DNA of 60,438 nucleotides from contig CALWKK010000002.1 in assembly GCA_944381245.1 (NCBI GenBank), positions 1 to 60,438 of the forward strand, read 5' to 3'. A program made the position numbers and the translations under genes. The first letter of the stretch is position 1. Each line of letters starts with the position of its first letter. Shown one piece after another: positions 47,157 through 57,203 of this stretch. The notes beneath the pieces are model-generated. The model saw nothing but the letters and a program-made list of their open reading frames with translations, had not been told where the DNA came from and did no database searches. Source of the DNA: an uncultured Clostridia bacterium (lineage in GTDB: Bacteria > Bacillota > Clostridia > Christensenellales > UBA1242).

Positions 47157-49169
47157 ATGAAAACTAAAAATCAAATTATAAGTGAGCTTTTTAATAAAAA
47201 TACTAATGCTATTGAAAAAGAAATAACAGAAAATGCAATTGATATTGCAAAAAAAATTCATTTAAGTAATGAATGCATAAATGCTTGTTACTTATATTAT
47301 CCATATGTTAAAACAGCAATTTATACAAAGCCAGATAACTTTGATGATTTAGATGAAAATCAAAAAAAGATTGAAGATCAAAAAAAAGAAGGTTTAAATG
47401 AAGAGCGACTAAAATTTAAACAATTTCTTTCTAACAATTTTGGAGAAGATTTATTACAATTTTTACATGGACTCAAAAAATTATTAGAAATTGACTATAG
47501 TAATGAAGAAAAAGAAGCTGAAAATATAAGAAAAATGTTTTTTGCTATAACTAAAGACATTCGCATAATTATAGTTAAACTTTGTTTCGTTTTGGCTGAA
47601 ATAAGACAATGTAAAAGTTCATTTAATATCGAAAATTTTCGAAGCAATTTCAATTTATCAAATATAGAAATTGTAAATAATCAAAATATAATTGATTCTA
47701 ATAAAATTCAAGAAAACACCTCAATAGTTTTAAAAGCAAAACAAATAATGCAATTATTTGCTCCCTTGGCAGCTAGATTGGGATTATCATCTATAAAAAG
47801 TGAATTAGAAGATATAGCTTTCCAAATTCTTAACAATAAAAAATATAATGAAATAAAAGATTTGGTAGATAACAGATATTTAGAAAGAGAAAAAACGGTT
47901 GCTGATTTAAAGAATCAAATAAAATCTTTTCTAAACGAGCTTGGTATAAAAGGCGAAGTTATGGGAAGAAAAAAACATATATATAGTATTTATAAAAAGC
48001 TAAAAGAAAAGAATAACAACATAGATAAAATTTATGATTTAGTTGCTGTTCGTGCAATTTTAAAAACTGTCGCCGATTGCTATGCACTTTTGGGAAAAAT
48101 AAATGAAAAATTCACACCTTTGCAGAACAGATTTAAAGATTACATTTCAATTCCAAAGTCAAATGGTTATCAATCTCTTCACACAACTATAATGTTTGAA
48201 GGTGTACCTGTTGAAATACAGATAAGGACAATATCAATGCATAGACATGCAGAGTTTGGTGTTGCAGCGCATTGGGTTTATAAGGAAAAAAGATCAGAAA
48301 CAGATTCATTAGACAAAAAACTTGGTTGGATAAGAGAGATCATGGAAAATGGAAAAGATATGTCCAATGAAGAATTAATTAACATGTTAAAGGTTGACAT
48401 ATATGATGGGGAAATTTTCGTACAGACCCCAAAAGGAAAAGTTCTTCATCTCCCTAAAGATTCAACAGCAATTGATTTTGCTTATATGATTCATACTGAC
48501 ATTGGTAATAAATGTATAGGAGCTAAAATTAATGGTAAAATGCAACCTTTAACTAAAGTTTTACAAAATGGAGATATTGTTGAAATTATCACAAATGTCA
48601 ATTCAAAGGGTCCATCAAGAGATTGGTTAAAAATTGTTAAAAGCTCACAAGCAAAATCAAAAATTTTGTCTTTCTTTAAAAAAGAAATGAAAGAAGACAA
48701 TATAAAAAATGGAAAAATAATGTTTGAACAAGCGATAAAAAATTTAGGATATTCTGTTAATAAGTTATTAGAAAAGAAATACACGGATTTATTATTAAAC
48801 AAATACAATTTTACATCAATTGAAGAGTTATATGCAAGCATTGGTTGTGGAGCATATTCTGCAAAAATGTTTGCTGGTAAATTAATTCAAACTTATCAAA
48901 TGTACATTAAAAAAGAACAAGATGAAATACAAACCTCTCATATAGAAACAATTATTTATAATAACGACGAAAAAAAGATAAATGTAAAGGGATTAAATAA
49001 TATTTTAGTAAAATTTGCAAAATGTTGTTGCCCTATTGAGGGAGATGAAATTATAGGTTTTATTTCACAAGGAAGAGGTATTATAGTACATAGAAAACAA
49101 TGTCCTAATGTTAATTTTTTTGACAAAGAAAGATTAATTGATGTTGAATGGAACATAAAAAAAAGTTAA
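47157..49169 (+). CDS. rel: Long RelA/SpoT-homologue (p)ppGpp synthetase with degenerate hydrolase motifs and no ACT/RRM domain
   Basis: Synthetase motifs GRKKHIYSIYKKL, DLVAVRAIL, YQSLHTT and EIQIRT...AAHWVYKE. TGS block. Zinc-finger block CCCPIEGDEIIGF...HRKQCPN. Confidence 0.85.
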   Translation: MKTKNQIISELFNKNTNAIEKEITENAIDIAKKIHLSNECINACYLYYPYVKTAIYTKPDNFDDLDENQKKIEDQKKEGLNEERLKFKQFLSNNFGEDLLQFLHGLKKLLEIDYSNEEKEAENIRKMFFAITKDIRIIIVKLCFVLAEIRQCKSSFNIENFRSNFNLSNIEIVNNQNIIDSNKIQENTSIVLKAKQIMQLFAPLAARLGLSSIKSELEDIAFQILNNKKYNEIKDLVDNRYLEREKTVADLKNQIKSFLNELGIKGEVMGRKKHIYSIYKKLKEKNNNIDKIYDLVAVRAILKTVADCYALLGKINEKFTPLQNRFKDYISIPKSNGYQSLHTTIMFEGVPVEIQIRTISMHRHAEFGVAAHWVYKEKRSETDSLDKKLGWIREIMENGKDMSNEELINMLKVDIYDGEIFVQTPKGKVLHLPKDSTAIDFAYMIHTDIGNKCIGAKINGKMQPLTKVLQNGDIVEIITNVNSKGPSRDWLKIVKSSQAKSKILSFFKKEMKEDNIKNGKIMFEQAIKNLGYSVNKLLEKKYTDLLLNKYNFTSIEELYASIGCGAYSAKMFAGKLIQTYQMYIKKEQDEIQTSHIETIIYNNDEKKINVKGLNNILVKFAKCCCPIEGDEIIGFISQGRGIIVHRKQCPNVNFFDKERLIDVEWNIKKS

Positions 49170-49186
49170 TATATTAACTTTTTTTT
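49157..49186. terminator. Bidirectional terminator embedding both stop codons of convergent rel and spoVAE
   Basis: A8-GTTAATATATTAAC-T8 palindrome. The rel TAA is at 49167-49169 and the spoVAE stop at 49174-49176. Confidence 0.55.
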
Positions 49187-49545
49187 GTTTTCGCCTTAAA
49201 TATTAATGCAAATACAAAAGCAAATATAACTGCCGCCGTTATTCCACCAGCTGTTGCTTCAAGTCCACCTGTGAAAACTCCCAAAACGCCTTTTGTTTTT
49301 GAAGCTAAAATCGCTCCTTTAGCCAAACTTGCTCCAAAACCTATAATAGGAACAGAAATTCCAGATTTAGCAAAACTATAAATATAATCATATAAAGTTG
49401 TCGCTTCAAGTATAACGCCTAATAGAACAAAGCTAACTAAAATTCTAGCACTTGTTAATGAAGTTTTGATAACAAGAATTTGCCCAAGCATACAAACAAA
49501 TCCCCCAACCAAAAAAACATAAAGATAAGTTAAAAAAGTTTCCAT
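49174..49545 (-). CDS. spoVAE: Stage V sporulation protein AE
   Basis: About 120-aa four-TM protein with a GFGASLAKG-type block, immediately downstream of spoVAD. Confidence 0.85.
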   Translation of the reverse strand: METFLTYLYVFLVGGFVCMLGQILVIKTSLTSARILVSFVLLGVILEATTLYDYIYSFAKSGISVPIIGFGASLAKGAILASKTKGVLGVFTGGLEATAGGITAAVIFAFVFALIFKAKTKKS

Positions 49546-50649
49546 TTAGTTTTCCTCACTTTTAAATTTTGATAATTGTTTCTCAACCTTATTTGCAATT
49601 TTGTTTTTTTCTTTTTTTGTTATTGTTTTAGACTTAGTAACAACATTACTTTTAACAACAATGGCATGTGCTATTCCTGGAACGCTTTCACCCTGTTGAC
49701 AAGATGTTGTTGAAAGCAAAGCTCCTGTAGCAATGTATAAAACATTTTTTAATTGACCAGTTTTAAGTCTTTCAATAACGTATGAATTAAATATAGAAGC
49801 CGAGCAACCACAACCTGAACCTCCCATTAAAACATTTTGGTCATAGTAAAACATCATTTGACCACAATCACAGTAATTTTCTCGCAATTTATAACCTTGT
49901 TGTTCCATTAAATCCATTAATATTTCTGCCCCTAATTTTCCTAAATCTCCAGTAATTATTAAATCATAATCATCTGGTGTTGTTTTTGTATCGTGAAAAA
50001 CACTGATCATAGTTTCCATAGCCGCAGGTGCCATTGCTGCACCCATATTGTTTACATCACTTATTCCAAAATCCATAACTTTCCCGAAAGTAACAGAATC
50101 TATATAAGGACCTCTTCCTTCACTTGATATTACCGTGCAACCAGATGCAGTGCAAGTCCACTGACTTGTTGGAGGGCGCTGGTTACCCAATTCTAATGGA
50201 AATCTAAATTGTCTTTCAGCTGTAGAAAAATGGCTTGAAGTTGCACAGGCAACATTTTGGAAATATCCAGCATTTACCATTGAAGCGCCAATTCCAATTG
50301 ACAAAGCCATTGCCGAACAAGCTGAAAATATGCCTAAATAACTTATATCATATGCTCTTGCAGCATAACTTGAAGTTATTATTTGATTTAATAAGTCACC
50401 ACAAACAAGCATATCTATATCTTTTGGATTTAATTTTGCTTTGTCCGTAGCTCCAAAAATTGCATGTTCCAACATTTTTCTTTCAGCTTTTTCATAAGTT
50501 TTTTCACCAAAAAAATCATCTTTCATAACATAATCAAACATTTTTCCAAAAGGTCCTTTACCTTCTTTTGGCCCAACAATTGAATAATTACCAATAATTC
50601 TCGGTTTATTTTTAAATACTATAGTTTGCTCTTTTCTCTCTTTAAGCAT
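49546..50649 (-). CDS. spoVAD: Stage V sporulation protein AD (thiolase-like fold)
   Basis: SpoVAD pattern GPKEGKGPFG...FSACSAM...GGSGCGCSA. It carries a Lys-rich ~30-aa C-terminal extension. Confidence 0.9.
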   Translation of the reverse strand: MLKERKEQTIVFKNKPRIIGNYSIVGPKEGKGPFGKMFDYVMKDDFFGEKTYEKAERKMLEHAIFGATDKAKLNPKDIDMLVCGDLLNQIITSSYAARAYDISYLGIFSACSAMALSIGIGASMVNAGYFQNVACATSSHFSTAERQFRFPLELGNQRPPTSQWTCTASGCTVISSEGRGPYIDSVTFGKVMDFGISDVNNMGAAMAPAAMETMISVFHDTKTTPDDYDLIITGDLGKLGAEILMDLMEQQGYKLRENYCDCGQMMFYYDQNVLMGGSGCGCSASIFNSYVIERLKTGQLKNVLYIATGALLSTTSCQQGESVPGIAHAIVVKSNVVTKSKTITKKEKNKIANKVEKQLSKFKSEEN

Positions 50650-50657
50650 AATATCTC

Positions 50658-51104
50658 CTATAAAAATAAATATATTAATCCTACAATTGCACTAGATAAA
50701 ACACCAATTACAATCACTGGGCCTGCAATAGAAAACATTTTCACACAAAGCCCAAAAATTATTCCTTCATTTTTAAAATCCATAGCTGGACTTGTTATAG
50801 AATTAGAAAATCCTGTAATAGGAACAATCGATCCTGCTCCAGCAAATGCCCCGATTCTATCATAAACTCCAATACCTGTTAAAAAAGATGCAATAAATAT
50901 TAAAATGATTGAAACATAGTTACTAACTGCATTTCCTGCTAAATCTGGCCAAATTGCCCTTATACCATCACCTATTCCTTGTCCAATCATGCAAATCAGG
51001 CCTCCAACAATAAAAGCATAAAAAAGGCTTGGCCAACTTCTTGTTTTCGGAATTTTTGAATTTACATATTCATTATATTTGATATTTCTTTTCGTATAAT
51101 CCAT
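50658..51104 (-). CDS. spoVAC: Stage V sporulation protein AC
   Basis: Pattern FIVGGLICMIGQGIGD...VPITGFSNS. I chose the ATG at 51104, preceded by GGAG. Confidence 0.88.
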   Translation of the reverse strand: MDYTKRNIKYNEYVNSKIPKTRSWPSLFYAFIVGGLICMIGQGIGDGIRAIWPDLAGNAVSNYVSIILIFIASFLTGIGVYDRIGAFAGAGSIVPITGFSNSITSPAMDFKNEGIIFGLCVKMFSIAGPVIVIGVLSSAIVGLIYLFL

Positions 51105-51208
51105 AATCTTCTCCATTTTTTAAATATTATGTTCTAAATTTATAAAAATAATCGTGTTGTATATTTTTTTTAAAACAATACAAAATAATTAAATAATTTG
51201 GAGGAAAT

Positions 51209-53242
51209 ATGAGAAAAAAAATTAATTTTATAATGATTTGTTTAATTCTATTATTTAGCATATCAATGGTTGGATGCAATTCTGAAAATAATTCATTAGC
51301 ATATTCTATTGATTATAATTTAGATAGATTATCTAATGTTTTAAATAACACAAAAGAAGCATCTAACTCAGAAATTATAATATCAGAACTATATTCAATT
51401 GATGATAGCGATACTAAACAAAGCGAAACAAACAACGAACTTAGTACCAAAATTTCTACATTAAAAAACAGCGAATCAACTATCTATAAAAGATCTAATA
51501 AGGCTCAAGATATTTATAATAATAAAAATATTCCAGTTTTAAATAAACAAATTGTATCTAAAGAGGAAATTGAAAAAGATAACAACACATATTCTATATC
51601 CAAAGATTTGATAAAAACTAGCAAAAATTCCCCTTTCAATTATAATAACAATACAAATCCTAAAATAACAAAAATTTCTAAACCAAGGATTGTAAGGCCT
51701 TTATATGACGACATAAAAAATTCTAATAATGTCAAACAGGATATTACTAATAATGTTAAATTAAAAAACAATTCAAATAGTAAAACTAACATTAAAAATG
51801 AAAATTTAACAAATAATATTAATAATAATTCAATTAACAGTAAAGTTAATGCTAAAAATGTTAATAATGCTATAGTAAAAGAGAATTTAATAAATAATAA
51901 CAATATAATAAATCAAAATTTAAATAATAATAATTTTGAAAATAATTCAATAAAAAATAATATTAATACAAAAAATCTTAATAATAGCACGGACGATACA
52001 ATAAAAAATAAAAATTATACTAATTATATAAATAATGTTAAATCGGTTTATGTAATGATGGACAATGCTCTATCTATTAATAATTCAATCTTGAGCAATA
52101 GAAAAGATATATTAGAAAAATGCAAAACTCTAGAAGTTTTAGCAAAACAGATAAAGGCTAATGAAGTAACATTAACTGAAACACAAATTAATAATTGCAA
52201 AACATTGTTAAACGAATTAGGAAAATCAATAAACAAAATAACAGATACAAGAAACGATGTCATAAATAATTGTAAACAAATTAGCAATAAAAATTATTTA
52301 ATTAGCGGAATGAATCAATTATCAAGCAACTACACAACTTTGATAAATTGTTTAAATGAAAGAGTTGTTAACTATAAAAATATTCTGGAAATTTTAAATC
52401 AATTAGAATGCGCAATAACAAATTGCAATTTCGATAAGGAAAATGAAATTGTTGATGAAGAATCATATCAAGACTATTTAAATAATAAAACAAAAATTGA
52501 TCAAAACAGTACAACACTTAATGAAAGTAATTCAAGTAAAGATGAAACAACAAGATCAAATGATGCTTTAATAAATAAAGATGTTGAAAAAATAGTTGAT
52601 TATGGTGTCAAAAACGATAATAAAAACAATACACCTAAAAGAAAATATAATATTGACACTTATAACGAAAATACAATCAACCCTAATATTATAAATAATA
52701 AAAACAATAATAATTTAATAAATAATAAAAATAATGATGTGAATAATAATAACAATAATACATTAAATAATAATAATCATTATAAGCAAAATAATAGCAA
52801 TGAAAATTCTTATAATAATGCAAACACTACTAATAACTATGCAAATAATTCTCAAGTTATAGGAAATAATGTAAATAATCAGTATCCTAATAATAGAAAC
52901 ACAGTAGGAAATAATTATTATCCAATAATTCATAATTATGAGGATGGATCAATAAATCCATATAGAAATACCGATACTTATAAATTACCTTTCAGAAATT
53001 CAAATAATGGAATTTCTAACAATAATCAATTTAATAATTTAGAAATAAATTTACAAAAAAAACCTTTAGATAATGAAAGACGACAAGATTTTAAAACATT
53101 TAATAATTTTATAAAACCATCAAATAATAATGAAAATATTAATAATTCTAAATTAATAAAAGAAGAAAAACAAAATATTGAAACTAAAGTAATGGAAAAA
53201 TTAGAAGGCAACGAAAACTTAAAGGCAATTAAAAATAATTAA
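51209..53242 (+). CDS. Asparagine-rich low-complexity lipoprotein
   Basis: Signal plus lipobox (LLFSISMVGC). GGAGG SD. Long poly-N/N-rich tracts. Confidence 0.6.
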   Translation: MRKKINFIMICLILLFSISMVGCNSENNSLAYSIDYNLDRLSNVLNNTKEASNSEIIISELYSIDDSDTKQSETNNELSTKISTLKNSESTIYKRSNKAQDIYNNKNIPVLNKQIVSKEEIEKDNNTYSISKDLIKTSKNSPFNYNNNTNPKITKISKPRIVRPLYDDIKNSNNVKQDITNNVKLKNNSNSKTNIKNENLTNNINNNSINSKVNAKNVNNAIVKENLINNNNIINQNLNNNNFENNSIKNNINTKNLNNSTDDTIKNKNYTNYINNVKSVYVMMDNALSINNSILSNRKDILEKCKTLEVLAKQIKANEVTLTETQINNCKTLLNELGKSINKITDTRNDVINNCKQISNKNYLISGMNQLSSNYTTLINCLNERVVNYKNILEILNQLECAITNCNFDKENEIVDEESYQDYLNNKTKIDQNSTTLNESNSSKDETTRSNDALINKDVEKIVDYGVKNDNKNNTPKRKYNIDTYNENTINPNIINNKNNNNLINNKNNDVNNNNNNTLNNNNHYKQNNSNENSYNNANTTNNYANNSQVIGNNVNNQYPNNRNTVGNNYYPIIHNYEDGSINPYRNTDTYKLPFRNSNNGISNNNQFNNLEINLQKKPLDNERRQDFKTFNNFIKPSNNNENINNSKLIKEEKQNIETKVMEKLEGNENLKAIKNN

Positions 53243-53247
53243 TAAAA

Positions 53248-53283
53248 TAAATTCACTTTTTAAATATAAGGTGAATTTTTTTT
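53248..53283 (+). terminator. Intrinsic terminator
   Basis: AAATTCAC / GTGAATTT stem followed by a T-run. Confidence 0.5.
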
Positions 53284-53427
53284 CATTTATATTTAAACTT
53301 ATCAATTTTTAGATTAATTTATAATATATATTAATGATATGTTTATTAATTTATTTTAAATTTAAAAAAAATGTATTAAAACAGTTGACAAATTTTTTTT
53401 CTTATAATACAATAACACTGTTAATAA

Positions 53428-53502
53428 TCCTCGTTAGCTCAGCGGTAGAGCACTCGGCTGTTAACCGATAGGTCGTAGGTTCAAATCCTACACGGGGAGC
53501 CA
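53428..53502 (+). tRNA. tRNA-Asn (anticodon GTT), CCA encoded
   Basis: Acceptor TCCTCGT/ACGGGGA. D-arm GCTC/GAGC. Anticodon loop CTGTTAA. T-arm GTAGG-TTCAAAT-CCTAC. Confidence 0.9.
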
Positions 53503-53525
53503 ATCATAATTAATTATATTTTTAT

Positions 53526-53552
53526 AAAAAAAAGACTTAATGTCTTTTTTTT
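53526..53552. terminator. Bidirectional terminator
   Basis: AAAAAAAAGAC / GTCTTTTTTTT stem with loop TTAAT. It overlaps the stop of the minus-strand gene. Confidence 0.6.
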
Positions 53553-54249
53553 AATTATTAATAATAATTCTATGACAATTATCGCATTCAATATATCCAT
53601 TACTTTTGACTTTTTCTATTTCTGCAGAAGAGAGCTCCATCATACACCCTCCACAAGATTTTTCATTTAAACCAACAAAAACAGGGAAAAGTTTGTCTGA
53701 TCTCAATTGTTTGTACTTATTAATTAATTTAGAATCAATACCTCTTTCTAAATTTTTTAATTGATTTTTAATGTCTTGAATAATTGGAGATTTTTCTTTT
53801 AAAAATTGTTCATACTTTTGTTTATTATCATTATATTTAATTTTAGCAAATCCATATTGTTTTTTTGCTTGTTCAAATTCATTTAATGTTATATTGAAAT
53901 TTTCGGCTTCATTAAATAATTTTTTTTCTAAAATATTAAGATTGTTTGTTAAAATATTACTTGCCTTTAAAATACTTTCTAAATCTTTATCACTAAGACT
54001 TTCTAAATTTTTAGAAATAAATTTTTGTATTTGTGCAAGATTATCTTCATAAATTTTTTTTAAACTATTATATTCATTTATAAGTGCTTGTGCTTTGCTC
54101 TCTAAATTACTTGATTTCTCTTGCGCTTTTTTTACAACGGCTATCATTTCATTAAAAACTTTTTTGTTTATATTATTATTTAAATCTCTTTCAATTCTTA
54201 TTAGCTCTTCATCTTTTTTTTGATACTCTATTATTTTATTAAAATCCAT
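53551..54249 (-). CDS. Coiled-coil protein with a C-terminal C4 zinc ribbon (COG1579-like)
   Basis: Long heptad-rich region. C-terminal CGGC...17 aa...CDNC. AGGAGAG SD. Confidence 0.7.
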   Translation of the reverse strand: MDFNKIIEYQKKDEELIRIERDLNNNINKKVFNEMIAVVKKAQEKSSNLESKAQALINEYNSLKKIYEDNLAQIQKFISKNLESLSDKDLESILKASNILTNNLNILEKKLFNEAENFNITLNEFEQAKKQYGFAKIKYNDNKQKYEQFLKEKSPIIQDIKNQLKNLERGIDSKLINKYKQLRSDKLFPVFVGLNEKSCGGCMMELSSAEIEKVKSNGYIECDNCHRIIINN

Positions 54250-54308
54250 TTTCTCTCCTATTTTATTAATATAATTTTTTTAAAACTTTTTATTTTTTTA
54301 TTATACTA

Positions 54309-55364
54309 TTAACTTCGAAAATCAGTTAATTTTTTTGATCTGTTTGGATGTCTTAGTTTCCGTAATGCTTTTGCTTCAATTTGTCTAATTCTTTCTCTTG
54401 TAACATTAAATTCTTTTCCAACTTCTTCTAAAGTTCTTGGATGAGAATTATCTAACCCATATCTCATTCTTATAACTTTTTGCTCTCTTGGCGTTAATGT
54501 TTCTATAACTGAAAGTAGTTGTTCTCTTAATAAAGTTTGTGAAGCAGCTTCCAGAGGGGATAAAGCGCTTTCATCTTCGATAAAATCACTTATTTTAGAA
54601 TCTTCTTCATCTCCTACTGTTGTTTCTAAAGATATTGGATCAAGCGCTATTTTTTGAATTTCCATAATTCTTTCTTCTGGCAAATTCATAGCATTTGCTA
54701 TTTCATTTATAGTTGGATCTCTTCCTAATTTTTGAATTAATGTTCTTGTTACTCTTGTTAATTTATTAATTGTTTCAACCATATGGACTGGAACTCTTAT
54801 TGTTCTTGCTTGATCAGCTATTGCTCTTGTTATAGATTGTCTTATCCACCATGTTGCATAAGTTGAAAATCTAAATCCTTTTGTATGATCAAATTTTTCA
54901 ACTGCCTTTAGTAACCCTATGTTTCCTTCTTGAATTAAATCTAAAAATTGCATATTTGACCTGGATATATATCTTTTTGCTATACTAACAACCAATCTTA
55001 AATTCGATTCAGATAATTTTGCTTTTGCAATCTCATCTCCTTCCATCATTCTTTTTGCAAGCTCAACTTCCTCATCACTACTTAATAAAGGGACTTTACC
55101 TATATCTTTTAAATACATTTTAACAGGGTCATCAACATTAACCTGTACAATCAAATCTTCTAAATTTTCTTTACTTAAATCTTCCTCATGTGTTTTTATA
55201 ATTTTTATACCGTTTTTTTCAATTGTTTTAATAAATTCATCTATTTCATCTCGGCTAGCATCATGTTTTATAAGTCTAAAATAGATATCTTCTTCATTGA
55301 CCATACCCTTTTTTCTACCAATATCTAAAAAACGATTTAATTCAGTTGTAAATTTTTCTTCCAT
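54309..55364 (-). CDS. rpoD: Primary RNA polymerase sigma factor
   Basis: Regions 2-4 are conserved ([17 protein letters not shown]; [21 protein letters not shown]). It follows dnaG. Confidence 0.93.
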   Translation of the reverse strand: MEEKFTTELNRFLDIGRKKGMVNEEDIYFRLIKHDASRDEIDEFIKTIEKNGIKIIKTHEEDLSKENLEDLIVQVNVDDPVKMYLKDIGKVPLLSSDEEVELAKRMMEGDEIAKAKLSESNLRLVVSIAKRYISRSNMQFLDLIQEGNIGLLKAVEKFDHTKGFRFSTYATWWIRQSITRAIADQARTIRVPVHMVETINKLTRVTRTLIQKLGRDPTINEIANAMNLPEERIMEIQKIALDPISLETTVGDEEDSKISDFIEDESALSPLEAASQTLLREQLLSVIETLTPREQKVIRMRYGLDNSHPRTLEEVGKEFNVTRERIRQIEAKALRKLRHPNRSKKLTDFRS

Positions 55365-55372
55365 ATTTTCTC

Positions 55373-57121
55373 CTATATTTTTCTTTCGCTTAATTCTTTA
55401 ATGATTTCATTTAATTTAATTGCAATAATTTTTCTTTCTTCATTAGACGTTGAATTTTTATATTGTTCGCTAAGCATTTGTTGTTTTAACTTCAATGTAG
55501 CTTCTTTTATTTTCCATACGCATTGATCATAATAATCCTTCCCTAATCCTTTAGAATAATTTTGAATTATATCTTTTATAAAAATTTTTTCTTCTTCATT
55601 TGAATTTAATAATAATTTTTCAATATCTCCAAATCTTTCAAATTTTTCTAATAAATTTAAATATATCGGATTTATTAAATAATTTTTTAAATAATTTTGC
55701 CCTTTAGTAAAATCTTCTTTATTTAATATTGCTCCCAAAACAAACTTAACTGCTTTAATATTCCCATCTTCTTTAAGAATTAAAACATTTTGTTCTTTTT
55801 TTAATTCTTTTTTGTTTGTTTCTTTTTCAAAATCTTTTCTCAAAATATCTATTGGAACTCCAGATTCTTTATTTATAATGTTTAAATAAATATCTCTTTC
55901 ACTATAAGTTTCGACTTCTTTAATAATTTCAAATGATTTTTTTAAATATATACTTTTCCCATTAGGACTGTTTAAATTTAATTTTTCTCTTAATAAATTA
56001 AGTTTATATTCAACAGGTGATACAGCATTATTAATCAAATTTCTTAAACTTTCCGCACCATATTTTCTTAAATATTCATCTGGATCACAATTTTCAGGCA
56101 ACTTTACCACTTTAATATTAAAATTTTCTTTTTTTAAAATATCGATACTTCTTAATGTCGCTTTTTCTCCTGCCGAATCACCATCATATATAATTATGAT
56201 ATCATTGCACAAACGACTTAAAACATTTGCATGCTTTTCTGTTAAACTTGTTCCTAAAGACGCAACAGTATTATTAAATCCATGCGAATGCATAGTTATA
56301 ACGTCAATCTGTCCTTCAACTAATATTATTTCTTTAAGCTCTCCTTTTCGTTTGGATTCTTTTAATAAATCTATTGCATAAACTGAATTCCCTTTATCAA
56401 AAACTAATGTTTGTTGTGTATTTTTATACTTTGCTCTTACACTCGATTTTTCTAAAATCCTTCCACTGAATCCAATACATTCTCCATAAGAATTTAAAAC
56501 CGGAAATATTAATCTATTTGCTAATTTATCATATAATTTACCAGTTTGATCATCTTCACCAGCTATACCAGATTTTATTAAGTATTCTTTTTTAAACCCT
56601 AATTTTAACAAATCATAAACTATAGCATTCCCATTTGCATATCCTATATTAAAATTTTCCAAATCGGATTTTTTAAAATTTCTACTTTTAACATATTCTT
56701 GCGCATTTTTGGCACTTTCTAAATATAAATTTTTTTTATAAATTTTTAATGCTTCATTAAGTATTTTTAATATTTCATTTTTTTCATTTTTTTCTTTTAT
56801 TATTTTTTCGCCATTCCCTTCTTGAGGAAGTTCCATGCCAACTTTTTTTGCAATTATTTCCAAAGCTTCAATATATGATACAGACTCAATCTTTTCAATA
56901 AAATTAATAACATCTCCGCCTTCGCCACATCCAAAACAATGATAAAATTGTCCATCATCATTAATAGCAAAAGAAGGCGTTTTTTCATGATGAAATGGAC
57001 ATAAAGCCCAATAAATATTACCTTTTTTGTTTAATTGCAAATAATCTGAAAGTATTCTAACTATATCTGCTTTTGATTTTAGCTCACTAACCCATTCTGG
57101 TGAAAAGTAAATTTTTTGCAT
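55373..57121 (-). CDS. dnaG: DNA primase
   Basis: Zinc finger [11 protein letters not shown]...CFGCG. TOPRIM motifs LVEGQIDV and DGDSAGEKA. Confidence 0.93.
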   Translation of the reverse strand: MQKIYFSPEWVSELKSKADIVRILSDYLQLNKKGNIYWALCPFHHEKTPSFAINDDGQFYHCFGCGEGGDVINFIEKIESVSYIEALEIIAKKVGMELPQEGNGEKIIKEKNEKNEILKILNEALKIYKKNLYLESAKNAQEYVKSRNFKKSDLENFNIGYANGNAIVYDLLKLGFKKEYLIKSGIAGEDDQTGKLYDKLANRLIFPVLNSYGECIGFSGRILEKSSVRAKYKNTQQTLVFDKGNSVYAIDLLKESKRKGELKEIILVEGQIDVITMHSHGFNNTVASLGTSLTEKHANVLSRLCNDIIIIYDGDSAGEKATLRSIDILKKENFNIKVVKLPENCDPDEYLRKYGAESLRNLINNAVSPVEYKLNLLREKLNLNSPNGKSIYLKKSFEIIKEVETYSERDIYLNIINKESGVPIDILRKDFEKETNKKELKKEQNVLILKEDGNIKAVKFVLGAILNKEDFTKGQNYLKNYLINPIYLNLLEKFERFGDIEKLLLNSNEEEKIFIKDIIQNYSKGLGKDYYDQCVWKIKEATLKLKQQMLSEQYKNSTSNEERKIIAIKLNEIIKELSERKI

Positions 57122-57203
57122 TAAACTCCTTAATTAAAAAAATAGTGTCAATATTAAATTCGACACTAAAAACAAAAACCCTTTATTTTTTTTAATAAGT
57201 AGA

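Noticed and set aside
51640-52287. Antisense ORFs (87 and 79 aa) inside the N-rich lipoprotein gene, and similar short overlapping ORFs in priA, ligA, spoIIE, the giant gene and others
   Set aside because: They are reverse-strand or out-of-frame shadows of well-supported genes. Their products are hydrophobic or low-complexity, and they have no SD or promoter signals.
53385-53408. Perfect TTGACA and TATAAT hexamers upstream of tRNA-Asn
   Set aside because: The spacer is only 12 nt (it includes a T8 run), too short for the two hexamers to work together. The TATAAT may still act as a -10 on its own, but I cannot support a full promoter call.
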